Shown here: positions 1-14,945 of the stretch, piece after piece
How positions within the stretch are numbered: position 1 is the first letter of the stretch
How the letters are laid out: every line of letters begins with the position of its first letter
Source of the DNA: Eledone cirrhosa
Lineage: Eukaryota
Length of the DNA: 64,000 bases
Assembly: GCA_964016885.1 (NCBI GenBank)
Contig: OZ024743.1
Coordinates: forward strand, 292,826,001 to 292,890,000
Direction: 5' to 3'
The notes under the pieces: generated by a model
Told to the model about the DNA's origin: nothing
What the model saw: the letters and a program-made list of their open reading frames with translations, nothing else
The model's database searches: none
Program-made: the position numbers and the translations under genes

Positions 1-609
1 CATCTGAAAATAAGTACCGAGAGAAACTGGGGACTAATATTGTGAAACACCGGCGTCTTTTCCAAGGAAGGCTCTTTAAATCAGGTGTTATAATCCTCGA
101 TGTTTAAAAAAAAATAATGACAAGACTTCACATCAGAGAGTGCAGTGTATAGTCGATTATAAAGATTCTAGCATTTCAGTGTAACGTTATTTTATCAATC
201 TAGCACCATAATTCCCAAACTTTAGACCAAGTAAAAAATACTTTGGCGAAATTTGTTCCCTAAAAATCGTAACCATGAACTTCTAATTGAATCACAGGGG
301 CCCTTTCATGACATACGGTGTGTTTTGTTTATGTAAATCTGGTGGAGCCCATTACTCTCCATGATTGAACACATATTTAATGGGGTTGTATTTTGCTTGA
401 ATTATTGTGGAGATGTAATAAACACTGATGTAGGTGACTACACCAATACAAATGGGACATTAAATGTTTAAAATGATGATAATAAATATTTTGAAATGTT
501 ACCTTGGAAATATTCAATATCCCCTTGTCAAAAGAAGGGTTCAGTGATCTACGTAAAAATATTATATAAAACATACACTGATAACGAAAAATATAAGGAA
601 AATCATCCC

Positions 610-679
<70 letters not shown>

Positions 680-777
680 AAGGTTTACATATATATAAAG
701 TCATAGATATATATGTGTTTTGCAACGGGTCGCGTGGCTCAATGAAGAATTAATAAATTAAATAATCAGAGCTATAT

Positions 778-1510
778 ATCATAAAACATGTCTATAGAAT
801 CACTAGATCAAATATATACCGTTTCCTCTCCCAATTAGCATAATTAACCATATAAAAAAAAACAATTAGACCAAGCTATAAGAATAAAGGCTCCTATGAA
901 GAAATCTCCGACAAATATCCGAAAGCAGCCCCTTCGCGGCGGTTACGACGGAGTATTTATCGAACATTTCGACAGCATGTATAAATCGACCAGATATACA
1001 GTCAACTAAACACAATTAGGTGTACTAAACTTAGAAGAAATGTGTACATATTTAATTACCTCTACCATGGTTTCGTCCGTATTTTAAGACATCCGATAAC
1101 AGGGGATATCTAGAGCTTCGGATTCATCAGGAATTAGCTCAAATTTAGACAATTAATTTTCCAAAGTGATCGCGCCAAGAATACATTCAAAAATGGCTAA
1201 GAATCGTGATGTGGCAGCGGTCAAGTTAGAAAGGATGTGATTAGTTGCTTACGGCTGGTAGGGTTATTGTTAATTGTGTTTAGTTGGCTGTATATCTGGT
1301 CGATTTATACATGCTGTCGACATGTTCGATAAATACTCCGTCGTAACCGCCGTGCAGGGGCTGCTTTCGGTTATTTGTCGGAGATTTCTTCATAGGAGCC
1401 TTTATTCTTATAGCTTGTTCTAATTGATTTTTTTATATCGTTAATTATGCTAATTGGGAGAGGAAACGGTATATATTTTATCTAGTGATTCTATAGGCAT
1501 GTTTTATGAT
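778..1510. mobile_element. Fold-back module (arms ~778-1018 and 1271-1510) ending in (TA)n, HHR in the spacer
   Basis: Arms are reverse complements with several mismatches; right arm runs into (TA)n. Confidence 0.75.
1060..1133 (-). ncRNA. Hammerhead ribozyme-like motif, enlarged stem II
   Basis: Minus strand: ttc CTGATGA atccg...cggac GAAAC catg GTA gag; stem III palindrome ACCATGGT. Confidence 0.65.
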
Positions 1511-1526
1511 ATATATATATATATAT

Positions 1527-1755
<229 letters not shown>

Positions 1756-1816
1756 GCTATACTAATATGTATAAATATATCTTTTGAACAAATTTTCGAA
1801 TTTAGATACAGACTAC

Positions 1817-1890
1817 AAGTCGGCGAATTGGCAGAGTTCAATTCCTGCCGAGGATAAAGTTTCCTTTGAGTCGATAAATAAAGTACCTGT
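1817..1890 (+). mobile_element. tRNA-derived SINE fragment
   Basis: ggcgaattggcag, B-box-like gagttcaattcc and gtcgataaataaagtacc core shared with other copies in the window. Confidence 0.55.
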
Positions 1891-2160
1891 ACAAGTATTA
1901 TTTTCCTTATATTTTTCGTTATCAGTGTATGTTTTATATAATATTTTTACGTAGATCACTGAACCCTTCTTTTGACAAGGGGATATTGAATATTTCCAAG
2001 GTAACATTTCAAAATATTTATTATCATCATTTTAAACATTTAATGTCCCATTTGCATTGGTGTAGTCACCTACATCAGTGTTTACTACATTTCCACAATA
2101 ATTCAAGCAAAATACAACCCCATTAAATATGTGTTCAATATATATATATATATATATATA

Positions 2161-2750
2161 ACACTACAGAGAAGTACGGAATACCTCGGCCTCGGGATGG
2201 TGTCTACATTTTGAGCTTATAAAAACAATTTGACGTGGATTACCAGGGTGTTTTCCGTGCGAAAAAAATCAATACTTTATCGCGAAATAAATACTTTTGT
2301 TTATATTTTGTTATTGTGTATGCAAAAATGATATATATTTATCCTTATCGATCATCATGGAATAAATACGTTTGTTTATATTGTGTTATTGTGTATGCAA
2401 AAATATTTGTACACGAATAAGGATAGCCCGGCGTTGCACGGGATTTGCACTAGGGTTGTTATATATTTGATATATGTTTATCCTTATCGAGCCTCGTGAA
2501 GTAAATACGTTTCTTTATATGTTGTTATTGTGTATACAAAAATATCTGTACACGAATATATAAATAACTGTACAGAGAAGTACGGTATTCGGCCTCAGGT
2601 TGGTGTCTACATTTTGTGCATATAAAAAAAAGTTCGTCGTACATTACCAGGGTTTTTTTCCGTTCGAAGAAAATCAATACTTTATCGCGAAATAAATACT
2701 TTTGTTTATACGTGTATGCAAATATATCTGTACACGAACATATAATTATA
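2161..2750 (-). mobile_element. Helitron-like fragment with internal direct repeat
   Basis: 2165-2330 is similar to 2570-2740; 2421-2540 is the reverse complement of the 1631-1745 end. Confidence 0.5.
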
Positions 2751-2761
2751 TATACATATAC

Positions 2762-2881
<120 letters not shown>

Positions 2882-3026
2882 ATACTTTGGGAGGGTCATG
2901 TTGCATGTAAGAAACACACGCACCAGTGCTTTCACTTCAATTCATTATAATAAATTTATAAATTTAGGAATTTATAAATTTCCGGCTGGTTGGTTGGTTC
3001 CACAACCAGATGGTTGTTTATATATT

Positions 3027-3069
3027 GTCAAAGTTCTTTCGTGATACATTCTGTGACCTCTTCAGTGAC
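3027..3069 (-). ncRNA. HHR motif in PLE pLTR (stem II mutated); duplicate at 7070-7112
   Basis: gtca CTGAAGA g gtcac..atcac GAAAG aa CTT tgac. An intact version is at 49972-50016. Confidence 0.6.
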
Positions 3070-3433
3070 TGGGATTGTTTTCTTTGTTTGTTGTGCCTCT
3101 CCTTTGTTATGTCCTACGCCATCTTGTTTTTTTTTGTGTGTGCTGTGTGCTTAGTTTGCGCATGTGTTACATCCGGGTATCTGTGTGTGTTTATATTCGT
3201 TTATTTATTTGTTTATTTACATGTTACTGGTTGGTTGTTTGTTCTATGTGCGTGTGTTTTTTCATTTTGTCCTTAATTGTAAGTTGTGATGTTGCTTTTC
3301 TACTCATGTTTTCTATTTAATTTTGGTTGTAATTCATTTATGTTTATTGCCTCTGTGATTTGTCTAAACATTGCGTCTTTTCTGTGTGTAAATTCTATTT
3401 TTATTTCTGTGTTCTCTAATTTACCCTTATGTT

Positions 3434-5414
3434 CTATTTAGCATGTTGGTAGAGTACAGATGATTCTTTACTATTTTGAAGGTCTCGACAGTGTTCATTT
3501 ATCCGTTCCCCTATACTACGAGCTGTCTCACCTATGTACACTATATTTTTATCTCTACATTGTCCTTCAGTACATCTTATGCTATATACTACATTTCTAG
3601 TTTTACAGTTAATATGGGGGCTTAATTTATACATTTCTTATCTATACAGGGAGGTCTTTGAAAAGGGTATGTATTACTAATAAGTGTTTTTATGGGGGTA
3701 CCTGGTCTTTCTACTATCTTAATATTGAGTTTATGTTTATCTAGGGCCCTTCTAAATTTGTATGCTAATTCACCTCTATGGGTTGTATCGATGAACATTA
3801 CACTCTGGTATTTATTGCTATCATACCATGAGTTTATTCCATTAGCCTTATTCCTAGTTCTTTCTATTCTATTCCAAAATTTGCTCCTATACAAGGGGCA
3901 GGACCCATTTGTGTCATTAATTACCATTTTTTCCCATTTGTTTCTGGCTCCTCTATACACTCTGATTTCATCTCTCTGAATGTAACCAGAGAACTGCATA
4001 CGGTGGATGAACTGTTGTATGTGTCTGTCTAGTTCTTCGGGGTTGCACATGCGGGACACGTTTCTCATCAACCATACCAAATCTGCAATCAGTATGTTGA
4101 TTTTGGTATGGTCCGAAACAGCTGAGTTTCGGTGGATCAGATATTTGGAAGTCCTAGGATTTGGAATAATGGGAATGGAGGGTTTGTTTTTTGTTATTAA
4201 TGGTATCTAACCAGAGCTCTGTGTCTAGTACAGGTAATCGATGGTTGGGGTGTTTGCTTGGGTAGTCTATAATAACTCTAATACTCTGGTGGATGGAGTT
4301 AGCTATTTGCTGGATGCTTTCCATTGTGTTTTTCTCTAATTCCTGACTGTTCTCTAGTGGGGGTGTTTTAACTACGATGTTTATATCATCAACGTAGCGG
4401 GAGTACATTATCAGGGTTAAGGGGTCTTCTAATTGTTCTTTAAGTTTAAGTCTACTGTTCCACCATACCATGAATAGGTTAACTATGTCGCCTGCAATGC
4501 TAACACCAATGGCTGCTCCCTCCTCTTGGGCATATGTTTTTCCCTTAAATTGGAACATATCCTCCTTAAGGGTTAATTTTATGCTGGCTCCCACCGCATG
4601 TGCAATCATTTTCTTTAGTTCATCCTTGTTTTCGGGGGTCCGTATGGCTCTGGTCCACCCGTTCCATCTATCTGTGTGGGTTTTCTTGGCCATTGAGGTA
4701 ATGGTAGGTGGTCTGCCTCTTGCTGGTCTTGTAGGGCACAGGTTGCTAAGGTCATATATGTCTAGATAACTATTACTATAGGTAAGTTTATGTAGGAGTC
4801 CCAGCTCACTGGTATCAATCCCACGGAATTCAACATTGTTCTCACTGATCATTTCTACGAATTTCTCCACAGCAAAATCCACGTCAATAGATGGATACAG
4901 GGACACAACATCCATACTACCTATTATGCAGTTTGTTAGGTCCCTAGATCGGTTACTCTCGCCGATTCTGCTGAGGAGGTCCTCCATGCTGTCACATACA
5001 TCTGGGCACATTTGAATGATGGCGTATGATCAGCGAGAGGAAGTTGGAAAGTCTGTAGTTACTAGCAATGTTAGCTTGACAGACTGGCCGTGGTGGTGGT
5101 CCTGTGACAGGGTCACTGCTCGTTTTATGGTCTTTTCGAAGCCCATACAACGCTGGCATGTCATTGTTCCAGGCCTGGAAGTTGTTGGCAATCCTTTTGT
5201 TGAGCTGCATTATATTTGTCCACATCATCATATGGGCATTGAGGGCTTTTTCTCTATCCTCATGCTCTTGTGGTGTTACTTCTCTTGTGTTAGTGATGTG
5301 GGGTTGCCTTGCCTGGATGTAGTTTGGCAAACTGTCAATCGACATTCTGCCAGACTTGTCTGTTGGAAAGCATGCTATCTCTCGATTACGCGAGCGCTGC
5401 ATGAGCTTACGCAA
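3434..5414 (-). pseudogene. PLE reverse transcriptase plus GIY-YIG endonuclease (frameshifted)
   Basis: ORFs 4992..5414, 4154..5011, 3622..4080 and 3434..3634 are consecutive parts of one RT-EN protein. Confidence 0.9.
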
Positions 5415-6916
5415 GCCATTTGCAGATTTTTATCCCAGTTGCTGGGCCACCATTCTATTATGTTTCTTGTTATACTGTTCTATAATATTTCTAAGTTTAG
5501 ATCTAGCTATACTAAATTGTGCTTCTGTTTGTTCATCGACCCGCGACGGCAATTGCGTGCGTTTGTTAAAAGCTAAAGTCGTGGCGTGGACTCGTCGCAG
5601 GTCGAACGACTTATCGGAGGGATTATAAAAAGTAGAATTCCAGGCTGCTGCTTTATGTGTACTAGTGATATTGTTATTGTTAGTTGTGTTGTTTCTATTT
5701 CTATTTCCACCAACACCCTCATGGTTGTTTCTATGTCTCTCATTATTACTCCTGTCTCTTTCCTCTAGCAAATTGTTATTATCTACTCTATTTTGTGTGT
5801 CTGTGTGTTCGTCTTGGTTATTTTCTCTGTCCATAGTCTCCCTTCTCCTTTCAATCCTATTACCTTCCCTTATCTCTGTGCTACTGTCATTACCTGTTTT
5901 CTGTGTCTGTGTGTTTGTTAGATTGTGCTGGCGGTGAGAGGCATTGAATGTGCGTGTGTTGTTGTTGTTGCTGTTGATGTGTGCTGTTGTTGATGTGCGT
6001 TGTTGTTGTTGTCACCGTGTATGTTATTATTGTTGTTTGTGTCTGCGTGTCTGTTGTTGTTGTTTCTGAGTATGTTATTATTGTTGATGTATGTGTTGTT
6101 GTTATTGTTTTTTGTGTCTGTGTGCCTGTTGCTGTTGGGATGTGTGTTGTATATGTGTGTGTGCGTATGTTGTTACTTTTATTTTTGTTTTTGTTTTTGT
6201 TTTTGTTTTTGAGGCTCCAACGTAATTTTGTAAATGATTTTTCTATTTCTGACAAGCATTTAATCATATTTACCTTATTAAATGTGGCATACTTAGGTGG
6301 CAGTTGTAATACAGATAATTCATCAGAGTCGATCGTAGTGTTGCCGTATATATTTGTGTTGTTGTTGTTGAATTCATCTGTTAATGAGGTGTCTGCCATA
6401 TTTACACCGTCAATTTTGTCGGGATATCTATTGATATTCTCTAAAATATCTTGATTTACTTTTATCTGTTTGAGTCACTTTAGTTTCTTGTTAAAGTGCT
6501 TGTCACATTCTTGAACAATGTACTGTTCTTCAGGACATATAAGGTTTATAAATATTAGTTTTTCTCTTCGTGTGGTGATCTTAGTTATTTCTTGTATTAG
6601 GTTACGCTTATGTTTTTCTTGATGATTTAATTCTCTATAAATCTTATTTTTTATGTTTATAATTAGTGTTCGTTTTAGCCTATCTGCTTGCTTTTTGGTG
6701 AGCCGTAATCTTCTTACATCGGTGTTGATGGTGTTGGTGTAAACTCGGGACGTGGCACATTCTTTTATGAAGTGTAGTTGTCGAGATGTTATTGTTTTTC
6801 GTAGACAACAAAACATGGTGGTTTTCAATATCTTGTTAGCCTGGCTAAGGCTTATGATATTTCTATTCTGAATTTGTTTAGCAAGATTCTTTATCTGAAA
6901 ACGTGTGTTGAAACTG

Positions 6917-9095
6917 ATATTGTTATACTTTGGGAGGGTCATGTTGCCAATAAGAAACACATGCACCAGTTGCTTTCACTTCAATTTATTATAATAAATT
7001 TATAAATTTAGGAATTTATAAATGTTCGTTGGTTGGTTGGTTCCACAACCAGATGGTTGTTTATATATTGTCAAAGTTCTTTCGTGATACATTCTGTGAC
7101 CTCTTCAGTGACTGGGATTGTTTTCTTTGTTTTTTGTGCCTCTCCTTTGTTCTGTCCTACGCCATCTTGTTTTTTTTTTGTGTGTGTTGTGTGCTTAGTT
7201 TGCGCATGTGTTACATCCGGGTGTCTGTGTGTGTTTATATTCGTTTATTTATTTGTTTATTTACATGTTACTGGTTGGTTATTTGTTCTATGTGCGTGTG
7301 TGTTTTCATTTTGTCCTTAATTGTAAGTTGTGATGTTGCTGTTCTACTCATGTTTTCTATTTAATTTTGGTTGTAATTCATTTATGTTTATTGCCTCTGT
7401 GATTTGCCTAAACATTGCGTCTTTTCTGTGTGTAAATTCTTTTTTTATTTCTGTTCTCTAATTTACCCTTATGTTCTATTTAGCATGTTGGTAGAGTACA
7501 GATGATTCTTTACTATCTTGAAGGTCTCGACAGTGTTCATTTATCCGTTCCCCTATACTACGAGCTGTCTCACCTATGTACACTATATTTTTATCTCTAC
7601 ATTGTCCTTCAGTACATCTTATGCTATATACTACATTTCTAGTTTTACAGTTAATATGGGGGCTTAATTTATACATTTCTTATCTATACAGGGAGGTCTT
7701 TGAAAAGTGTATGTATTACTAATAAGTGTTTTTATGGAGGTACCTGGTCTTTCTACTATCTTAATATTGAGTTTATGTTTATCTAGGGCCCTTCTAAATT
7801 TGTAAGCTAATTCACCTCTAGGGGTTGTATCGATGAACATTACACTCTGGTATTTATTGCTATCATACCATGAGTTTATTCCATTAGCCTTATTCCTAGT
7901 TCTTTCTATTCTATTCCAAAATTTGCTCCTGTACAAGGGGCAGGACCCATTTGTGTCATTATTTACCATTTTTTTCCCATTTGGTTCTGGCTCCTCTATA
8001 CACTCTGATTTTATCTCTCTGATTGTAACCAGAGAACTGCATACAGTGGATGAACTGTTATATGTGTCTCTCTAGTTCTTCGGGGTTGCACATGCGGGAC
8101 ACGTTTCTCATCACCCGTACCAAATCCGCAATCAGTATGTTGATTTTGGCGTGGTCCGAAACAGCTGAGTTTCGGTGGATCAAATATTTGGAAGTCATTA
8201 GGTTTGGCATAATGGGAATGGAGGATTTGTTTTTTGTTATTAATTGTATCTAACCAGAGCTCTGTGTCTAGTGCAGGTAATCGATGGTTAGGGTGTTTGC
8301 TTGGGTAGTCTATAGTAACTCTAATACTCTGGTGGATGGAGTTAGCTATTTGCTTGATGCTTTCCATTGTGTTTTTCTCTAATTCCTGACTGTCCTCTAG
8401 TGGGGGTGTTTTAACTACGATGTTTATATCATCAACGTAGCGGGAGTACATTATCAGGGTTAAGGGGTCTTCTAATTGTTCTTTAAGTTTAAGTTTAAGT
8501 CTACTGTTCCACCATACCATGAATAGGTTAACTATGTCGCCTGCAATGCTAACACCAATGGCTGCTCCCTCCTCTTTGGCATATGTTTTTCCATTAAATT
8601 GGAACATATCCTCCTTAAGGGTTAATTTTATGCTGGTTCCCACCGCATGTGCAATCATTTTCTTTAGTTCATCGTTGTTTTCGGGGGTCCGTATGGCTCT
8701 GGTCCACCCGTTCCATCTATCTGTGTGGGTTTTCTTGGCCATTGAGGTAATGGTAGGTGGTCTGCCTCTTGCTGGTCTTGTAGGGCACAGGTTGCTAAGG
8801 TCATAAGTGTCTAGATAATTATTACTATAGGTAAGTTTAAGTAGGAGTCCCAGTTCACTGGTATCAATCCCACAGAATTCAACATTGCTCTCACCGATCA
8901 TTTCTACGCATTTCTCCACAGCAAAATCCACGCCAATAGATGGATACAGGGACACAACATCCATACTACCTATTATGCAGTTTGTTAGGTCCCTAGATCG
9001 GTTACTCTCGCCGATTCTGCTGAGGAGGTCCTCCGTGCTGTCACATACATCTGGGGACATTTCAATGATGGGGCGTATGATCAGGGAGGGGAAGT
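6917..9095 (-). mobile_element. 5'-truncated tandem copy of the same PLE, acting as upstream pLTR
   Basis: Near-identical to 2877-5044 (offset ~4043); RT ORF 8011..9060 with YVDD, GIY-YIG 7476..7676; truncated at (TA)n. Confidence 0.92.
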
Positions 9096-9098
9096 ATG

Positions 9099-9153
<55 letters not shown>

Positions 9154-9180
9154 TATATATATATATATATATAAGTGTAT

Positions 9181-9654
9181 TTGTATTAAAATGACAGATT
9201 AAAGTTTAACCAAAGAATCACTGCTTTCACCCTTGACGGGATCTTCTGAAACTAAAATAATAAATCTGTGAACGCAGAAGTAAATATTTCGAAAAACGCT
9301 ACACACTATATATATATATATATATATATACACTATATATATACATATACACACACACGCACACACCGCGTCATAATGACGTAATGCAGAGAGCCAGGCA
9401 TACAGACAGATATTATAAAGGCGCAACGTAATATCTATGTATCTATCTAAAAAGAGAAAGACTAAGAGAGAGAAAGAGATCGCTAAATCGCCTAATGCGG
9501 TCCCTAGGGCATTGAAAATTTGAAATGTTTTTTTGCTCAGAACACTCAAGAGGACCATAAGTATTACATGTGTAAAGTTTGAAGAAAATCGGTTGGGTGC
9601 TTCACGAGTTTTAGTGATTATACAGGCAGACATTCTCTGTTTTAGTAATATAGA
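9181..9654 (-). mobile_element. Helitron-like non-autonomous element, 5' part
   Basis: Minus strand begins TCTATATTACTAAAACAGAGAATGTCTG (5'-TC); 9190-9300 is shared with the repeat family at 22.7-25.1 kb and 49.5-49.75 kb. Confidence 0.5.
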
Positions 9655-9660
9655 TAAAGA

Positions 9661-9810
9661 AAGCGGCGAATTGGCGTTAGAACGTCGGATATAATGCTTT
9701 GCAGTATTCGTTCCGAGTCTTTGCTCTTTGAGTTCACATACCGCCGAGTTCACCTTCGCCTTTAATCCATTTAAGGTCGATAACAAAATACCAGTCGAGT
9801 ATAGGGTTCG
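9661..9810 (+). mobile_element. tRNA-derived SINE with Deu/Nin-like core
   Basis: gcggcgaattggc...gagttcacataccgccgag...gcctttaatcc...gtcgataa...taccag. Confidence 0.65.
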
Positions 9811-11255
9811 ATCCTTCATCTATATTTCCTTTTCACTTCCTTTCTCTATCCATCTCTAAAAAAAATTTGCTGTATTCAGATCTGGAACAAAGATGGGTTC
9901 CACCGGGTTTTTAAAATGCCCGAGATGTGCCATATGTCAATATGGCGCCCCTGTGACTCCCTTAAATGTTACGGGTCTATACATACAGAGCATAAAGTAA
10001 TAAATAATACAGCATAAAGTAGTAATACAGATAAAGTATATGTATTTTTTCCTTTAGTCAATAGATGGAAAATTTATCAATGGGAAACATGTGCTTCGTG
10101 TTTTTTGGCAATGTTTTTCTTCTTAATGTAGGTGCTTCGCACTTTTATAGTTATTGTATGAATTTTATTATGAATTTCAATTTGTATTTTTCACATTTTG
10201 ATCTTGCTTTTTCACGACGCACCCATCTACATCACGTGCTGTATCGTTTGGTAACCACAGCTAGAGATGAAAGATAAAGTTGTTCTCGGAATGTAAATAT
10301 GTAAATAATAAGCTTCAAATTAGAGGGGGGAGGAGTTAGACGTATTTCTGTTATCCATCCAAAAAATTGAAACGGTCGTGAAATGACAGAGACGTTTGTA
10401 CGTTGGAAAGACCGCTTTGCGGTATTTATTCTGGTTCTCTTTTTTTAACAACAAAAATATTCTTTTAATGCACGACGAGATTAAAAAGACAACGGAACTG
10501 TAAACATAGGATAGACAAAAAGGTGCAGAACATATTATTCGGTTTGTCAACACTTATGACCCAAGAGTATCAAACATATTTGTCACCATTTAGGCAAACC
10601 TGCTAATTCCAAAGCACAAGGGGCAAAGATCTAATGAAGAGAATCTTCATCATTAGCAACAAAGGTAAATCAAAGAACTTTAAAATAAAAGCCTAACGGG
10701 TAAAATTTACATCAGAAAATAATTTCGAATTTCTGATAAAACGTGTAAAGATAGCAAACGTGGGACATACAAAAGTGGCATATATATATGTAAACTTGTT
10801 CATAGACAAAATTCAACAACGAACAACCCCTCAAAATAAGTGCCAAAATGAAATGAAAACCAGAAAATTTGATGTAGAATCGGTCTTGCCCGCAAAGAGG
10901 ATTATATCTGTTAGAACAGTCAAAGTACAGAAACAGCTTATACGAAAACCGAAATTAAAAATAACCGGCCGTTAGAAATTTACAATAACAGCAAATTCCA
11001 AATATTCCTTTTTCATGAATGTTCAAGGAATGAAGAAATATGTTATAAAAAAATCTCCCTCCAAGACCAAACCATAACAGCCATACTGAAAGAAATACTA
11101 AAATGCACATAAGTAATTTTCAGTTTAAATTCCATTTTGATAACAACTAAATTTATATCTTGGTATGTCTCGATATTAGTGCTAGATTCAGATTATAAGG
11201 GTTATATTTTTATCCAAGAGATAAACAGTACTTTATTACTTCTGAGAAATATAAT

Positions 11256-11395
<140 letters not shown>

Positions 11396-11659
11396 GAAAA
11401 AAACGAGATGGTTACGTTTACAAATAAAAGATGTTTATTTTGTATCGACGCACGTTTCGGACAAGATTGGCTCAAGGTCACCCATAGGAATTATAGACCC
11501 GACTCTACTATTGGTCTGCTCTTCGTATTGGCGATGTAACAAAAACATATATATACGGTTATGTGCATACATATTAACAATTATTAGCGGTAACAGAAAT
11601 ACGAGATTCAGAATAAAGTTGTAAAAAAGGTAAATGGGTTAAAATGCTTTATACTGTTG

Positions 11660-11691
<32 letters not shown>

Positions 11692-11693
<2 letters not shown>

Positions 11694-11862
11694 CGGCGAT
11701 GAATTTGTTTTGCGAGGTTTTTGATATGAAATCGTGTGTCGAAACAAATATTGTTATACTTGGGGAGGGTCATATTTGTGTAATAATATTGCCAGAATTA
11801 ATAACAGAACACACTCACTGTTTGGTTGGTTTTCGCTTCTATGTCTTTTATATCGGTTAATT
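11692..11862 (-). mobile_element. 3' tail of a sister PLE family (family B); second copy at 41979-42145
   Basis: Minus strand encodes [21 protein letters not shown], homologous to the start of the 6942 ORF; ends in (TA)n. Confidence 0.75.
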
Positions 11863-13273
11863 TAGCCTTCGACCACACATCCGACCGCCCACCCATCCCA
11901 CCACCCTTTCCCCACTAACACCTCTAACACACTTCCCCTTTCACACACACAGCCCTTGGCCCATCCCACAACTAACTATACTAACATCCCCACCCCTCCC
12001 TCTAACTCGCACACACCCACCTTAACATATATACACGCACTCACACCATCCACACAGCCTACTACCACCACTAACCCTCACCCACACATCCACTCCGACC
12101 ACCCCACAACTAACATCACTAATCTCCCCCGACCCCACGTACACGAACACACACCATCACACACATCTACACCTATGTACACCACGCACTCCACACACCC
12201 AACCACCACTAACCCCCACTTACACACCCGCTTTCCACCCTTTCCCCACCACATGTAATACTAACACCCATTAACACCCCCTTTACTTCATACACACTCA
12301 TCCAAACACGCACAAACACTTCAGTACACTACACTCCCTCCTCCCAACACCTCTTCTCTCCCCCTCTCTCTCTCTCTCTCTCTCCCTTTCCCCGCTCCAC
12401 CCACACCCCTTCACGCACACACATCCCACTAACACCTCTACTAATATACACCCCATCGGCCCACTTCACCACCTTCCCCCTCCACCCTTCACACCTACCC
12501 ATCCTTCCCCCTGTCCACCGCACCTCCCCACACACAGAAACACACACAGTCCTCACCTCACTCCACCTGTCATCCCACTCTACTGCTATCTCTACACCCT
12601 CTCTTGACCCTCTGACCACTTCCTGTTGCGCGCCCACCCCACTTCCCTCCAATTCCCACCACCACCAACATTGGATTCTACACCTTCGGTCATCTCGCCA
12701 ATCATCCACTCCATATCTTGAAAAATATCCAGCACCTCTCCACACATCTGACGGAACTACCTCAGGACCTTACCCACGAACATACACTCACACATTTTTT
12801 TCGCATCACGCCACCCACATCCACACCACATATAAACACAAACACACACGTGCGTACCCCCACATATACACAACCTCCGGAATCCACACGCCACCTCCCC
12901 CACCCTCTGACCCTTCTCTTTCCACACGCACACACCGAGTTACACCCCACCACATGCACACACCTTTTCCTGAACATGGAACGTCATTCTTCCTCAAACT
13001 CTCACATACACACGCACACATACTCACGTACACCTACACGCATACACAAACACCACCTTCAGCCTTCCTCGCTTCAATCCCCCGCCTCCCTCTCCCAACT
13101 CCACCCGCCACCACCCTTACACGCCTCACACTGTTCCACCACTTGTCCATCTTATTGTTCATTCTTATATTTATTTTTACATTTACGTCTATTTTTATTT
13201 TTATTTGTTCTCCTTCCCCCTTTTTTCTAAATGTATTTCCACACACCCTCTGAACTCTCTTCCTAACCTATTT

Positions 13274-13308
13274 ACTCCTGAAGAAGGGCTTATGCCCGAA
13301 ACGTCGTT
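13274..13308 (+). ncRNA. Minimal HHR at the end of a long CA-rich tract (11870-13390, probable PLE 3' UTR)
   Basis: CTGAAGA a GGGC ttat GCCC GAAAC GTC, then AATAAA (~13342) and (TA)n. Stem I is weak. Confidence 0.7.
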
Positions 13309-13390
13309 CCTCCACCCACCCACTCTCAAAAGCGTGAACCTAATAAACCTTTATTTGTCTGCCTCTCTGTTTTGTTCCCGTATAAATTTG

Positions 13391-13435
<45 letters not shown>

Positions 13436-14073
13436 AGAGTTGTATATATATATATATGTGTGTGTGTGTGTGCAGAGAATGTTTGATTTATTTTAAGCAG
13501 CAATGTACACGTTTTAAAATATAAATCATACACTGTGCTTCGATTTAAAAAAGAAAAAAAAATGAAGTTTATTTTTCATTACAAAAATAATAATCAATGC
13601 TTCTAGAATTGTTATATAGTTGCTACTTGTTTGTTTAAATTTTGTGTGTTGTATTTTCTTTTGTTTTGCATTGCTTTCTTTATATTTTTAATCATGCTGT
13701 CAGCTAAAATTTCAATAATGCAGGCTTTAATTTGTTCTATTTTTTCTGAACTGCCGCAAAAACAAAGTATATGGTTCTCAGAGATATAAAATTCAGCTTT
13801 GCCTTAATGACGAGCCATAAATTTTCAAAAGAGTTCAGACAGTTTGGGTCAAAGAAAATTTAAATTACATGAATTTAGAGAAAATTTTCCGCCATCTTGG
13901 CAGATGAGTAAATGCATTCTCATGTTATTTTGTGAATATGGGTTAAAGCACACTCTTATCTTAAAATATCTGCGCAAAATTTGAAATAAGCACTTAAATA
14001 TATGGAGTACATCAATGATTCCAATTTTGAGATATCAGATTGGAGCTGATACATGCAAATTTACTTTACTTAA

Positions 14074-14294
14074 CCCCTTAGCATACAAACCGGCCGTATC
14101 CGGTCAGAATTCTCTCACCACTTTCTGTTCAAACCAGCCATAACCGACCGCTCATACTGATGTTAAGGTACTGTTTTCGCAATAAATAATATCAAAATCT
14201 CGTAGATTCTATATTATGTGAGATAATTATGCGAGGTAAAACCTTTACCGCGAAAATATAATAGTATATATAGAGTAATGTAAATGCTAAATGG
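14074..14294. mobile_element. piggyBac-like MITE
   Basis: TTAA|ccccttagcat ... atgctaaatgg|TTAA: imperfect TIRs with TTAA on both sides. Confidence 0.6.
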
Positions 14295-14669
14295 TTAAGA
14301 CGTATGTTTTTTACCTTTTTAAGCATAAAATAGAAACTGATTGAACTAGTATGAAAGTAGTTAAAATTAATTTTATTTATAAATTAGGAACCAATTTATT
14401 TAATATAAGTTAATAATAAAATAATGACAAAAAGATAAAGGGAGAGAAATGGAGAAAGAGGAAATTTCACATATTTACCGTGACGGAATATTTATTTACA
14501 GAACAAAATCCTTTTGTAAAAGTTACTTCTTTTTAATAACATGTAGTAACGTTTATATTGATTAAAGAAATATTTACAACCCATTGTATTATCTAACCCT
14601 TTACGATTGTTAGCAATATTCCAAGAATTTCCCAGATATTTACAAAGATTATCTGAGATGGGGCCTTTT

Positions 14670-14945
14670 CAGACGAGAATTAGATTGATATTTTATGTTC
14701 CGCTTCAGATGTTGCAGATCCACTCCTTCTGGTAAGAAATGAGCAGAGGTGTTTTTGAGGTTCGATATTCTGGGTGGGTAAAACTGGGTAAAGTGGTTAA
14801 GTTACTATAGGGTCTGGGATGTTAGATACAACAGGGATTAGAAGGGAAACAAATGAATCGACAGTGTCTGAGTGGAGGTGGTGCGCAGCTCTGGGAAGCA
14901 GAGATCATTGTTGTAGCGATGGAAGAAGCTGTTTGACGTAAAATC
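14670..14945 (-). mobile_element. Decayed LINE 3' end (CR1/L2/Jockey-group-like)
   Basis: Minus translation pieces SFFHRYNNDLCFPEL and LPEGVDLQHLKRNI resemble the FYRY..G.CS.EL...LP....DLQ.FK C-terminus. Confidence 0.4.

Noticed and set aside
14709-14731. Possible micro-exon (ttcag|...ctg|gtaaga)
   Set aside because: Lies inside a decayed LINE 3' end on the opposite strand, with no partner exons.
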